A DNA stretch of 64,000 bases from a virus. Within the stretch, counting starts at the first letter, position 1, and each line of letters starts with the position of its first letter. The DNA lies in IMG/VR virus record IMGVR_UViG_3300005921_000006, positions 9,222 through 73,221 of that record. One strand, 5' to 3'. The translations under genes were made by a program, and so were the position numbers. A model generated the notes under the pieces. That model searched no databases. It had not been told where the DNA came from and saw only the letters and a program-made list of their open reading frames with translations. Of this stretch, positions 39,545-48,561 are shown piece after piece.

Positions 39545-40881
39545 GCTGCGCTTAACCTCCAACTCGCACATTCCGTCTTCAGCACGTAGCGCACATTGTC
39601 CGGCCCGTCGTCCTTTACCTTTACCGGCTTTTCTTCCCCGCGAGCGCTGGCCTTTACGTCCCACACGTAAGTTTGAATCTGCTTAATGGTTTCGCCCACG
39701 TGATTATGGAACGGCGAGCCACCATCGTACATATAGTCTTCGGGAGGACGCTTAAACCGCACCCGGCCCAAGGCCATCAATGTAGCGACGGTCTTTATGC
39801 CGTCCAGCACTTCGTTATCCGCATCGCAGTGCCAAATGCCCGCCTGCGTAAGCTCAGCGTCGAAGCTAGCGCACTCCGGGGGAAGAATTACTTTCGCGCC
39901 CGTCTTAATCGACTTTAAAAACTGCTCCAGGTCTTCCCGGTACTGGCGGTCAGTTTTCTGCCGCATGGTAACGTGGGAATCCCACCAGTACTCGCGGTCA
40001 AACCAGAAGTTCGTGCCGTCGTCGTAGCAGTCCAGGTACACCTGCACGTGGTCTACACCACAATCCACGCCCACGTAGCGGGCTACGATATGCCCCGAGG
40101 CTTTCATCTTATCGTCGAACACCTTACCCGGCTTGCCGTTCCGCATGGTCCAGGGCTTATCGTCATACAGCAAGTCCTCCGACCATACGTCTTTATAGAT
40201 CGCGCCTTCGCCCGTTACCCACAAGCCCAACACGAAGCGCTGGTGGTAGAGCGAACCGGGTGGGTACACGGCTTCCAGGTTCTTCTTATAATCTTTGGGC
40301 AGGTTGGGGTTGTCTTCCAACTCAAAATGTTCCGACCATAGCCGTCCGCTCTTACGCAGTTCTTTATTGTCGAGGAAATCGGTCTTGATGTAGTGGAACG
40401 GCGTATCGGTATTAGTGGTGGCGTACAGCCGAGCGCCTTCTACCGACATACGGTTGAGCAAAGTAAGCACGAAGCTACGGACCTGAAGCGTAAGCTCATC
40501 GCACACAGCCACGCCTACGGTAAGCCCGCGCAGCGTCTTCTCGCTGCCTTCGTCTTTCGCGCCAATTACTAACCACTTACTGCCGAATAGGTCCAATTCC
40601 CCGCTCTGACGGTTAAAGCCGTAATTGTCTTTGCCGATAATGTTGAACAGGTCGTTCAGCACGTTACGGTAAATGGTTTCCTTGGTCACGCCCGTAAAAA
40701 GTCGCCAGCCTTTTACCGGGTACTTACACAAGGCAATAATCTTCGGGATGCAGCCCCAGGTTTTCGCCGACCGGACGGAGCCTTCTAGTATGTTGAGCCA
40801 AGCGTCAGCCTCCGGCGCTCGATACGCGAAGTCGTAGCACTTTTGCCCCAGCGGGAGGAACACGCGGTCGTCTTGAATCAC
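39541..40881 (-). CDS. terL: Terminase large subunit (PBSX-like)
   Basis: Walker A-like GSVRSAKT, Walker B VCDE, TTN coupling motif, DNP.L; nuclease motifs VGVDCG and DDG.D..RY. Confidence 0.93.
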   Translation of the reverse strand: MIQDDRVFLPLGQKCYDFAYRAPEADAWLNILEGSVRSAKTWGCIPKIIALCKYPVKGWRLFTGVTKETIYRNVLNDLFNIIGKDNYGFNRQSGELDLFGSKWLVIGAKDEGSEKTLRGLTVGVAVCDELTLQVRSFVLTLLNRMSVEGARLYATTNTDTPFHYIKTDFLDNKELRKSGRLWSEHFELEDNPNLPKDYKKNLEAVYPPGSLYHQRFVLGLWVTGEGAIYKDVWSEDLLYDDKPWTMRNGKPGKVFDDKMKASGHIVARYVGVDCGVDHVQVYLDCYDDGTNFWFDREYWWDSHVTMRQKTDRQYREDLEQFLKSIKTGAKVILPPECASFDAELTQAGIWHCDADNEVLDGIKTVATLMALGRVRFKRPPEDYMYDGGSPFHNHVGETIKQIQTYVWDVKASARGEEKPVKVKDDGPDNVRYVLKTECASWRLSAA

Positions 40882-41330
40882 TTCTTCACCGGGCCGTGCT
40901 TCATAGCGTCCACAATTTCCTGGAGCCGGTCTTTGTCTTTCGTCTTCAACTCGCCGTCCAGCCCGCGCAACTTCATTAGCAGCTTGAGAGCCTCAATGCG
41001 CTTTTCAATACTAAGCTCTTTGGTGTAGCCCGCAACCACGCGCTGCTCGCCGTAACCTTCGCAGTCCTCCACAACTTTAATGCTGCACAAAGCCCGGGCC
41101 GTGTACTCATCCAGCATATCCACGGGAAGCAGCCGGCCTTGAGTGTCGTAAAGGCTGCGCTGATCGAAGAAAGCCAGGAAGATAATGAACTGCTCAATTT
41201 CAGCATTGGTAGCGGATGTCTTAGGCGGACCGGAGATAAACGGTTTAGGTTTTTCCTGCCGCTCGGCAGCACGGCGCACGGAACTGGGTGCCCAGGGCTT
41301 AGTTTCTTCGGGCTGCTTTTTACGAGCCAC
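40878..41330 (-). CDS. terS: Terminase small subunit
   Basis: LAFFD...LYD..G.LLP...L...KR.EAL.LL pattern; directly upstream of terL. Confidence 0.75.
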   Translation of the reverse strand: MARKKQPEETKPWAPSSVRRAAERQEKPKPFISGPPKTSATNAEIEQFIIFLAFFDQRSLYDTQGRLLPVDMLDEYTARALCSIKVVEDCEGYGEQRVVAGYTKELSIEKRIEALKLLMKLRGLDGELKTKDKDRLQEIVDAMKHGPVKK

Positions 41331-41333
41331 ACC

Positions 41334-41672
41334 TTAAAATCGCTCCGCCTTCATCCACAGCCGTTCGCGCCGTTCTTTTGCGTCGGTTTCCTGCCCCAGT
41401 GGGGGGTAGCTGGTCATAAACAACGGCACGTGGTAATCCGGCGCGTTCAGCACTTCGTGCTTGATTTTTACTGCCAGATTACCACGTAGCCGCTTACGCA
41501 CTTGGCTCCAGGGTTCCCGCGTAAGCTGAATCAAGGCGTCCCGGTTGGCGGACCACTTTACGGCAAAGTGAGTAAGGGCGAGTAGGGCGAGGGACTTGGA
41601 AGCGGAGTGCGGAGGGCAAGGGGGGAGGGTTGTGGTGCCGAAAGGGTAGACCGGGATTCTAGCGCTTGACAA
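41334..41672 (-). CDS. Hypothetical protein
   Basis: 112-aa ORF in line with the late operon. Confidence 0.45.
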   Translation of the reverse strand: MSSARIPVYPFGTTTLPPCPPHSASKSLALLALTHFAVKWSANRDALIQLTREPWSQVRKRLRGNLAVKIKHEVLNAPDYHVPLFMTSYPPLGQETDAKERRERLWMKAERF

Positions 41673-41916
41673 TTTCGCGTCCGTATACGGCGCAATCGAC
41701 TACGGTGGGAAGTATGATAGGCGAACTTACAATCGGTTCGACGTAACAGCGAGCGTTTGTTGCTTGGCGCGGAATGCGAGGAGCCAACTTTTCGCAGCTA
41801 CAAACCTGCTTTCCGCAATCACCGCAAATAGTAACCGCAGCTTTTCCCATCTCAGCACTCCCGAAGGAGTCAGCAGGCCCGAAACCGCAGGCCACCAAAA
41901 TTTCCGGGAAACCCAC
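41659..41916 (-). CDS. Hypothetical Cys-containing protein, first gene of the late arm
   Basis: CGDC...C.C; GTG start. Confidence 0.4.
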   Translation of the reverse strand: MGFPEILVACGFGPADSFGSAEMGKAAVTICGDCGKQVCSCEKLAPRIPRQATNARCYVEPIVSSPIILPTVVDCAVYGREIVKR

Positions 41917-42000
41917 ACCGCCTACGTTTTAAGTATACGGGTCCGAGCCGTGGGGCGCTATACCGGGTTATACGGGGCGGTGGGGTAAACGTACGTACGT

Positions 42001-42480
42001 TTTAGTATTTAAATAATGCGTAACCCCGCGTAAACAGCGGACGAAACGCGCTTTTTGGGTGGGGTAGATTAGGCTGCCGGGAAATGCGTAACTAGTGTTT
42101 CGTGTAGTGTTTACGCGGGTAAAGCGAATAAAAGTTACTTAGTTACTTAGTTACTTATTTTAAAAATAAACGGGAGAAGAGGAAAAAACACACTCATTTA
42201 TAATTAAATATAAAACGCCTAAAATGCGTAACGCGTAACTAGTACCTTGGAAAGCCGCGCCCGGCGCGGGTTTTACCAGTTACGCATTTAGTTACGCTCC
42301 TATCCATAATACTTTGCGTTACAAAGCCCGCTTAAACCTGCGTATTTAGCGGCTAAAACCAAGATCCAAAAACGCCCATTTTAGTTACCTATTCGCCTAA
42401 GTTACGCAGTTACTTAGTTACCGATTATTTTAGGAATTACCCGACCTTGGCCACTAAGAGCCGAATGCGTAACTTTTGGC
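42001..42480. repeat. AT-rich intergenic region with about 14 GTTAC/GTAAC iteron-like repeats (putative origin)
   Basis: AATGCGTAAC four times plus one inverted copy; tandem AGTTACTT x3 at 42133-42156; lies upstream of the primase-helicase. Confidence 0.65.
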
Positions 42481-42495
42481 TCTGCTTGTGGGATA

Positions 42496-42524
42496 TTTAC
42501 TTACCGGGCCGTTTAGTATATATT
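42496..42524 (+). promoter_or_regulatory. Sigma70-type promoter
   Basis: TTTACT-17 nt-TATATT upstream of the first plus-strand gene. Confidence 0.6.
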
Positions 42525-42554
42525 TAAGCGGTTGCGCTTTTTAAGGGGGTTTAA

Positions 42555-42740
42555 ATGGCCGAAGAGCGAACCATCGTGTCCGCCGATCTACCCAAAGAAT
42601 TGGTAAAGTGGATGGACTTGCGTCTGGCCCAGAAACGGCTCGAAGCCTTGCAGAGCGGCAAAGAGGATTCCGTAATGCCTACGCGTTCCAGTTTTATCCG
42701 CGATCTTATTATCAAGGCCAAAAATAACGGCAATAAATAA
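42555..42740 (+). CDS. Ribbon-helix-helix-like DNA-binding protein
   Basis: TIVSADLPKELVKWMD...TRSSFIRDLI pattern. Confidence 0.65.
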   Translation: MAEERTIVSADLPKELVKWMDLRLAQKRLEALQSGKEDSVMPTRSSFIRDLIIKAKNNGNK

Positions 42741-42750
42741 CGGAGCCGAA

Positions 42751-44823
42751 GTGCATACGATAGACGTTGTGCGTTCGGCTATGTTGCGCAAGATAAAAGA
42801 CAGCGCCCTGGCCGAGAAGGATTTAAAGCGCTTGAAGTTCCAACCCTACACGGCGGAGTCCATCACCCTCCGCGCCGTCGAGCTGGGCATCCCCTACGTC
42901 CGGGAGCCAGGTTTTCTAATCCCGTACTTCGACGCAGCCCAAAAGCCCGTAAACTTTTTCCGCTATCGCTACCTGAAAGAGTTCCTCCCCCGAAACGGCT
43001 TCGCCGCGCTTACCGTACCGGACAAAAAAGCGATTAAGTACATGCAGCCCGGTGGTGAAATACCGCACGTGTATTTTTCGCCCCTGTTCGATTGGAAGGA
43101 CTTTTTTAAGCACCCGCCCGCTAAAGCACCCCTCATCATTACGGAAGGCGAGTTAAAAGCCGCTTGTGGTACTAAATACGGTTTTCCCGTTCTGGGTCTG
43201 GGTGGAGTCAGCAGTTTTATGAGTACGAAGAACGGCTTGGACTTGCTACCCGAGCTGGGCGCCATCGACTTTAAGGATCGCGTTGTATACATTGTTTTCG
43301 ACTCTGACGCCGTGCACAAGCCCGACGTGCTTATTGCCAGTAATATGCTAGCTCGCCGCCTGCTGGCTCGCGAAGCCCACGTGCACGTACAGTGGGTGCC
43401 CGAGCTAAACAAGGCTAAGACCGGGCTGGACGACTACATTGTAGCCAGAGGGAAAGAAGCATTTGATAAGCTGGTGAACAGCTCGGAAGAGTGGTCCAAG
43501 AGCCGCGCCTTACATGAGTTTAATGACGAAGTAATATTTCTCCGCGAGAGCGACACCATTATGGAGCTGGCGCACCGCTATCGCTGGAAGGCGGCCACGG
43601 CGGTAAGCAGCGTTTATAAGAATAAAACGTTTACTTTAAAAGAGACTAAAGGCAAAGAAGTAGTGTTGAAGACCTACAACACCGCTGCGGAGTGGTGGAA
43701 GTGGGGAGGACGCTCGGAGCTGGATAGCATTACCTACGTACCCGGTGGGCCGCTGGTAATCGAATCGGCGGATACGAACGGTGCAGTAACGAGGAATTAC
43801 AATTGCTGGCAGGGCTGGGGAGTGGCCGAGAAGTATGTTTGCAAAGGGTCGATGGAAAACTGGCGGAAGCTTTTAGATTTTATTTTTACCGGTCACAAAC
43901 CCGAATATCGCAAGTTTTTTGAACAGTGGCTGGCGTACCCCATTCAGTACCCTGGTACCAAACTTTTTTCCGCTGTAAGTATGTGGGGGAAACCGGGGGT
44001 GGGTAAATCGCTGATCGGCTATACCATGAAGCGGTTGTACGGTAACAACTTTACCAAAGTGACAGAGCGCGAGCTACATGGCAATTTTAACGAGTGGGCC
44101 GAGTACCGGCAGTTTGCGCTAGGGGAAGAGATTACGGGTGGTGACAAGCGTGGGGTGGCGGACTACTTAAAGGACATTATTACCCAGGAAGAACTGCGCA
44201 TTAACCCCAAGCACATTAAAGCCTATACGCTTCCCGACTGTACCAACTGGTTTTTTACCTCCAACCACCCTGACGCTTTTTTCATAGAGGACGCCGACCG
44301 GCGGTTTTTTGTAATTGAGGTGAAGAATTCAGCCTTGGAGCGCAGTTTCTATAAGAAGTATAACGACTGGTTCCGCAGTGATGAGGGCGCGGGAGCGCTG
44401 ATGTGGTATTTTCGTAACCTTAATCTGGACGGCTTCGACCCTATGGGCCACGCCATGGAAACGGAAAGCAAACGCGAGATGATCAGCGACGGACGCAGCG
44501 ACGTAGGCAGCTGGTGCGCTATGCTGCGGGAAAACCCCGACGAGGTACTGCGGCTGCCGGGCGGGGAACCGATCCAGCGTAAGCTGTGGACCAGCGGAGA
44601 GCTGTACGCGCTGTTCGACCCCACAGGTAAGGGGCGCGTGACGCAGAATGGGCTGGGCCGCGAGCTAAAGCGCGCCGGGTTCCGCAAGGCGCTAGAAGGT
44701 GCGCCGCTACGCACGAAATATGGGTTAGTAAAATTGTGGGTGATTCGCAACCCAGGGCCAATTAAAAACCCCAGTATGTTCGCTAAGTTATACGAACAGG
44801 AAATGGAAGGAAAATGCTCGTAG
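42751..44823 (+). CDS. DNA primase (DUF3854 Toprim) fused to an SF3 helicase (DUF5906/NrS-1-like)
   Basis: KY.QP, ITEGELKA, FDSD and GLDD Toprim motifs; Walker A GKPGVGKS, FTSN and DRRF. Confidence 0.92.
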   Translation: MHTIDVVRSAMLRKIKDSALAEKDLKRLKFQPYTAESITLRAVELGIPYVREPGFLIPYFDAAQKPVNFFRYRYLKEFLPRNGFAALTVPDKKAIKYMQPGGEIPHVYFSPLFDWKDFFKHPPAKAPLIITEGELKAACGTKYGFPVLGLGGVSSFMSTKNGLDLLPELGAIDFKDRVVYIVFDSDAVHKPDVLIASNMLARRLLAREAHVHVQWVPELNKAKTGLDDYIVARGKEAFDKLVNSSEEWSKSRALHEFNDEVIFLRESDTIMELAHRYRWKAATAVSSVYKNKTFTLKETKGKEVVLKTYNTAAEWWKWGGRSELDSITYVPGGPLVIESADTNGAVTRNYNCWQGWGVAEKYVCKGSMENWRKLLDFIFTGHKPEYRKFFEQWLAYPIQYPGTKLFSAVSMWGKPGVGKSLIGYTMKRLYGNNFTKVTERELHGNFNEWAEYRQFALGEEITGGDKRGVADYLKDIITQEELRINPKHIKAYTLPDCTNWFFTSNHPDAFFIEDADRRFFVIEVKNSALERSFYKKYNDWFRSDEGAGALMWYFRNLNLDGFDPMGHAMETESKREMISDGRSDVGSWCAMLRENPDEVLRLPGGEPIQRKLWTSGELYALFDPTGKGRVTQNGLGRELKRAGFRKALEGAPLRTKYGLVKLWVIRNPGPIKNPSMFAKLYEQEMEGKCS

Positions 44824-45170
44824 CGGCGGATGTAGAACGAATAATGAAGGAAATCCCGAATCTTACCGCCAACGGCATAGAGCCGCTAATTGCGCCTAAG
44901 TTCGAAGAAAGTAGAAACGAGCTACGTACTTTTTTACCCCAGGTTCAGTACGTTGCAGCCTGCTTGGAAAAGCACTTCCGCCCCGGCGAGTTGTCTTGCA
45001 GCTCTTACGCGCTCAAGCACGAGGTAGAGCGTATCAGCCGGGAGGAAAACGACTACACCTACATAAGCAACGGTGCGTTTATCGCGGGTGCGATACTCTC
45101 CGGTTATTCGCCTCGTGTTGACTTAAACTTCATCAACGTGATGTTTAAGATTACGCGGAGGGAGCCGTGA
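44814..45170 (+). CDS. Conserved phage hypothetical protein
   Basis: SSY.LKH.VE....YISNGAFIA.A...GY motif. Confidence 0.7.
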   Translation: MLVAADVERIMKEIPNLTANGIEPLIAPKFEESRNELRTFLPQVQYVAACLEKHFRPGELSCSSYALKHEVERISREENDYTYISNGAFIAGAILSGYSPRVDLNFINVMFKITRREP

Positions 45171-45427
45171 TTGACACCGCCGAATACGACCGTTTCCTAG
45201 AAGCCGAAGCCCGCTACCACGACCGACCACTGAAGGAGGATATCCCGCAAATAGTTGTAAACCAAGTTGCTCGCAGGCCGCCAGATAAGCACGGCAACCA
45301 ACCCATATTAAAGTACGATTACTTCCTCCACCCCCGTTTCGGCGTGGTAAAAGCCCTGAACGATGGCGGAACGCTCGTATGCAAATCGCCGGTATGCGAG
45401 GCGCTGGACCGGGAGCTGTTCGAGTAA
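45167..45427 (+). CDS. Hypothetical protein
   Basis: GTGA overlap; RBS GGAG. Confidence 0.6.
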   Translation: MIDTAEYDRFLEAEARYHDRPLKEDIPQIVVNQVARRPPDKHGNQPILKYDYFLHPRFGVVKALNDGGTLVCKSPVCEALDRELFE

Positions 45428-45436
45428 AATTAGCTA

Positions 45437-45465
45437 TTTACGTAACCCGTTAATTTTAGTACCCT
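45437..45465 (+). promoter_or_regulatory. Sigma70-type promoter
   Basis: TTTACG-17 nt-TACCCT; shares upstream ATTAG(C/G)TATTTA with the promoter at 49475. Confidence 0.5.
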
Positions 45466-45482
45466 ATTAAAAGGAAACGCCG

Positions 45483-45830
45483 ATGCCTCTCACCACCAAA
45501 TCCGAACCCACCCTGTACGCCGTCCTCCAGTCTCCCCCCGGCGCGACCAGGGAGGAACTGCACGAAGCGTACTTAAAACTGGCGTTCGATCTGCGCCACG
45601 TAGTAGAAAGCACCACCCCAACCCCAGAAAAGGACGCCCAGCGGTTCCGCGAGATTACCGGGGCGTGGGGGGTGTTAAAGGACAGCAAAGCCCGCAGGCA
45701 GTACGACGCCAAGCTGAAGCTGGCAGGTAATCAGTGTACGAATTGCGAAGGTACGGGCCGCAAGTGGACGTTCGCCACCCGGCGTGAGGAGTTGTGTAAA
45801 GTCTGCAAGGGAACAGGACAAAAGCAATGA
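45483..45830 (+). CDS. J-domain protein with a DnaJ-type Zn-finger repeat; HPD motif absent
   Basis: LY.VL....A..EE...AY..LA, F.EI..AW.VL.D...R..YD, and two CxxCxGxG repeats. Confidence 0.8.
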   Translation: MPLTTKSEPTLYAVLQSPPGATREELHEAYLKLAFDLRHVVESTTPTPEKDAQRFREITGAWGVLKDSKARRQYDAKLKLAGNQCTNCEGTGRKWTFATRREELCKVCKGTGQKQ

Positions 45831-46186
45831 ACGCAGAACTGAAGCAGGCGAAGCAGCAGATCAGGCCGTATCTGAGACAGATTTCGGACACGGCATTGTG
45901 GCAGTTGTGCGCGATGGCGAAGGATGGGCGGATTGTGTGGGAGTCTGCGTGTAACTGTATCCGAGGCGTCGTGGGTGGATGTTCTAATGACGGCTACTTG
46001 GAACAATCATCTGCGGCTGCCTTTATGGCGGAGCACGGGCTGCTCATGTTAGGCGTTCTTACTATTGACTGGGAGAGAGGATCGTACAACCACTATCGCA
46101 ACCTCCGCCTGCTCCCGATGTGCCGTGCAGAGATGAGACGGCGATCCAGGGTCGCGCAGGCCGATAAAGAGGCGGTTGGAGTTTAA
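45827..46186 (+). CDS. Hypothetical protein
   Basis: ATGA overlap. Confidence 0.6.
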   Translation: MNAELKQAKQQIRPYLRQISDTALWQLCAMAKDGRIVWESACNCIRGVVGGCSNDGYLEQSSAAAFMAEHGLLMLGVLTIDWERGSYNHYRNLRLLPMCRAEMRRRSRVAQADKEAVGV

Positions 46187-46199
46187 AGGAGGAAGCAAA

Positions 46200-46442
46200 A
46201 TGAGTGTACCGTTGAATCAGCAAGACTATGAGCGGTTCAAGAAGCTCGCTGACGCCGTAATGCAGTCTGGCGAAGGCGAGATCAGCATTTACACCAGTCA
46301 CAACCGGCAGCCGAAAGGCTGCTATGTCTCAATCGAGATGAGGTGCAATTCGTTGGCGTCGGAAAAACTGGAGGAGATCTTTAACTGTGCTCCTCTCCCT
46401 GCCGCGCCGCAGCCTGTAATGAAATCGGCAGACGACTATTGA
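46200..46442 (+). CDS. Hypothetical protein
   Basis: RBS AAGGAGG before ATG 46200. Confidence 0.65.
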   Translation: MSVPLNQQDYERFKKLADAVMQSGEGEISIYTSHNRQPKGCYVSIEMRCNSLASEKLEEIFNCAPLPAAPQPVMKSADDY

Positions 46443-46443
46443 A

Positions 46444-46468
46444 ACTTTCCCTCGCCTCGCGGCGGGCG
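46444..46468 (+). repeat. Intergenic hairpin repeat, copy 1 (others at 46767-46791 and 47390-47414)
   Basis: ACTTTCCCTCGCCTCGCGGCGGGCG is identical in copies 1 and 2; copy 3 keeps GCCTCGCGGCGGGCG. Confidence 0.85.
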
Positions 46469-46495
46469 ATCCAGGTTGGCGGTAAAGGAGGAAGC

Positions 46496-46762
46496 ATGCA
46501 GCACGACAGGCTTAAAACTACAGAGGCAGTTGTCGCAGAGTGGGGCTATATAGTCTTGCAAGCATGGATGCCACGAAAGAGGGGCGAAATTATAGTCGAT
46601 GTTGATTTAGGACGGCTACCTCAACCATTTGCCGTGGTTGGAGAGGGAACGAAAGAGGATTTTTTGGCGCAGCGTGCCTTCGTGGATGCCTTAACTGGAA
46701 GCAAGCATCCTCTCGATTCTCATCGCCTTGCGCCTTACTTTTACAAGGTTGCGACAGACTGA
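46496..46762 (+). CDS. Hypothetical protein
   Basis: RBS AAGGAGG before ATG 46496. Confidence 0.65.
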   Translation: MQHDRLKTTEAVVAEWGYIVLQAWMPRKRGEIIVDVDLGRLPQPFAVVGEGTKEDFLAQRAFVDALTGSKHPLDSHRLAPYFYKVATD

Positions 46763-46809
46763 ATTGACTTTCCCTCGCCTCGCGGCGGGCGGACAGGAGG
46801 AGGATAAGC

Positions 46810-47388
46810 ATGAAGGTGTTTTGGAACAAAGAGAAGAAATCGCAAGAGGTAGATTCTATTCCAGTAGAGGAGCCGAAGATGTCTCCGATAGAGGAGAATG
46901 TTCCTTCCAGTTACGAGGCTAAGCCTGACCTCGGGGCAGATGAATTCGCTGAATATCAGAGAGTGGCCAAGGCTATCGGACTCGACACTCAGGAAGCGTT
47001 ATTTAATGAGCGTATGCGTCATTGCTGCGTCGTGAACGGATTCCGCATCTACACCGTTTCACAGGTGGATAAGTTTCTGAACCGCAAATTAGGGGTCGGT
47101 AAATGGGAGTGGATGGGCCTGCGATTTGAAGATGTAGAGCATCTTGGCGGATGGTATACCACTTCGAGCGAGCCGCGCATCAAATTCAGCAAGAAACAAT
47201 ATGGCCGGAAGATTCCCTTGCCTGTACTGCTGACCGTCCAGCGCGTGCTTGAAGAAGTTCCAGGTGCGCACTTTTATATTTCAGGCATACCGGACGTGGA
47301 TGACGACCCATTCCTCAGTGTCACGTGCCGGGCAGGTGATCAGTTCATCATTGAGCGATGGGATGAGCCGGATTTCAGAGAGGTTTAG
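46810..47388 (+). CDS. Hypothetical protein
   Basis: Strong RBS; Y...IP.PVL...DPFL......IERWDEP.F motif. Confidence 0.75.
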   Translation: MKVFWNKEKKSQEVDSIPVEEPKMSPIEENVPSSYEAKPDLGADEFAEYQRVAKAIGLDTQEALFNERMRHCCVVNGFRIYTVSQVDKFLNRKLGVGKWEWMGLRFEDVEHLGGWYTTSSEPRIKFSKKQYGRKIPLPVLLTVQRVLEEVPGAHFYISGIPDVDDDPFLSVTCRAGDQFIIERWDEPDFREV

Positions 47389-47419
47389 GCTTTCTGCCTG
47401 CCTCGCGGCGGGCGGGAGA

Positions 47420-47484
47420 CGTGCGGCGGCCCTCGCAAGAGGCTCCCAGTACGGATTGGTGCTCGCTACAACCATCGCCGCACG
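47420..47484 (+). ncRNA. Compact four-way-junction (tRNA-like) structured RNA candidate
   Basis: 9-bp closing stem CGTGCGGCG/CGCCGCACG, CCTC-GCAA-GAGG, TCC/GGA and TGGT/ACCA arms. Confidence 0.4.
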
Positions 47485-47529
47485 GTTAGTCAAGCTCACT
47501 GGCGGCTAGAGCCGCAGAAAAGGAAGCGT

Positions 47530-47799
47530 ATGAGGCTAGTAAAGATCGAAGATACGACAGAGCCCGATAGTATATCCAAAGTGGCTACCGCACCGGGGCC
47601 GCTCGGAACGAAACAACAACGCCTATCAAGGCAGTGCGAAGATTGCGCGGCACAGATCGGCATAGGAACAAAACTCGCGGGAGAGTACCGAGAGGCTGAA
47701 GCTGCCGACCTGATCTATCTGTTTATGCGCGAATTATTCCATGAAGTGACCGGTTCCGTAGCTCCGCCAGAAGCCGAGCGCCAGCAGGAGAAGATATGA
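47530..47799 (+). CDS. Hypothetical protein
   Basis: RBS AAGGA; coupled to the next ORF. Confidence 0.6.
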   Translation: MRLVKIEDTTEPDSISKVATAPGPLGTKQQRLSRQCEDCAAQIGIGTKLAGEYREAEAADLIYLFMRELFHEVTGSVAPPEAERQQEKI

Positions 47800-48068
47800 A
47801 TTATTTCGATCCGCCCGACAAGACGCAGAGTGTTTTATCGCAACTGCCTCGCCGTGAGTTTATCGGTAAGGTTCGCCATCGCCTGTTCGTTGACCACGAT
47901 TGCGAATGGAATGGCGTGGTGCGAGAGATTACGGCTCAACTCGAACGTGATGAAATGGTGAACGCCGATATTGTTTGTGTTCATCTTGCGGAACACTATC
48001 GCATCAAGGCGTACTGGGCACGATTTCAAGCAGCGTTGGCCGAGCGGCCACAGCAGGAGGGAAAGTGA
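47796..48068 (+). CDS. Hypothetical protein
   Basis: ATGA overlap; RBS AGGAG. Confidence 0.6.
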   Translation: MNYFDPPDKTQSVLSQLPRREFIGKVRHRLFVDHDCEWNGVVREITAQLERDEMVNADIVCVHLAEHYRIKAYWARFQAALAERPQQEGK

Positions 48069-48346
48069 GCGACAAGTTGTCTCGCCGCAAGAAGTACGCG
48101 GATTATATCGAAAGTATCATCAGTCCTGCGAATTCCAAGTGGGTGACCGATTCGCTCGTGCGAGATAGGCGCGTTGCTCTTTATGGCATCGACATTTGCA
48201 TCTCGATGGAACTGAGTGGCAAGGTCGAACTGTCGCCGGTTATTCCGTGCTGTGGTCCGCTGCTGCGCCTAGTGAAGAAATATCCAAAGCACACAGCGTT
48301 CCGATTCAATCGCAAGTCGCGCAAATGGAGGAGGCTTTTGAAATGA
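48065..48346 (+). CDS. Hypothetical protein
   Basis: GTGA overlap; RBS GGAGG. Confidence 0.55.
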   Translation: MSDKLSRRKKYADYIESIISPANSKWVTDSLVRDRRVALYGIDICISMELSGKVELSPVIPCCGPLLRLVKKYPKHTAFRFNRKSRKWRRLLK

Positions 48347-48561
48347 CCGACAAACCCAAGGCAGAGCAGCAGGCAAGTGTGATCGACAGGCTGAAGGGGG
48401 AGTGGAGAAAGGCGGAGGGGTGCGAGAAATGACCATCGCCGAACAAATCGACTACGCCTTAAACGATAATCGCATTCCGGCGCGGCAGCGGCTGGAGCTG
48501 GCGGATAAGCTGCTGACTCAGCTACTAGACCTGGTAGGCGCGTTGCGGCAGGAAGTAAAAA

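Noticed and set aside
95-41988. Many plus-strand ORFs over the structural arm (and minus-strand ORFs over the replication arm)
   Set aside because: They are antisense shadows of well-supported genes in GC-rich DNA, with no RBS or motifs.
46444-46468. HDV-like ribozyme suggested by CCTCGCGG
   Set aside because: The nested double pseudoknot could not be built; a simple hairpin explains it.
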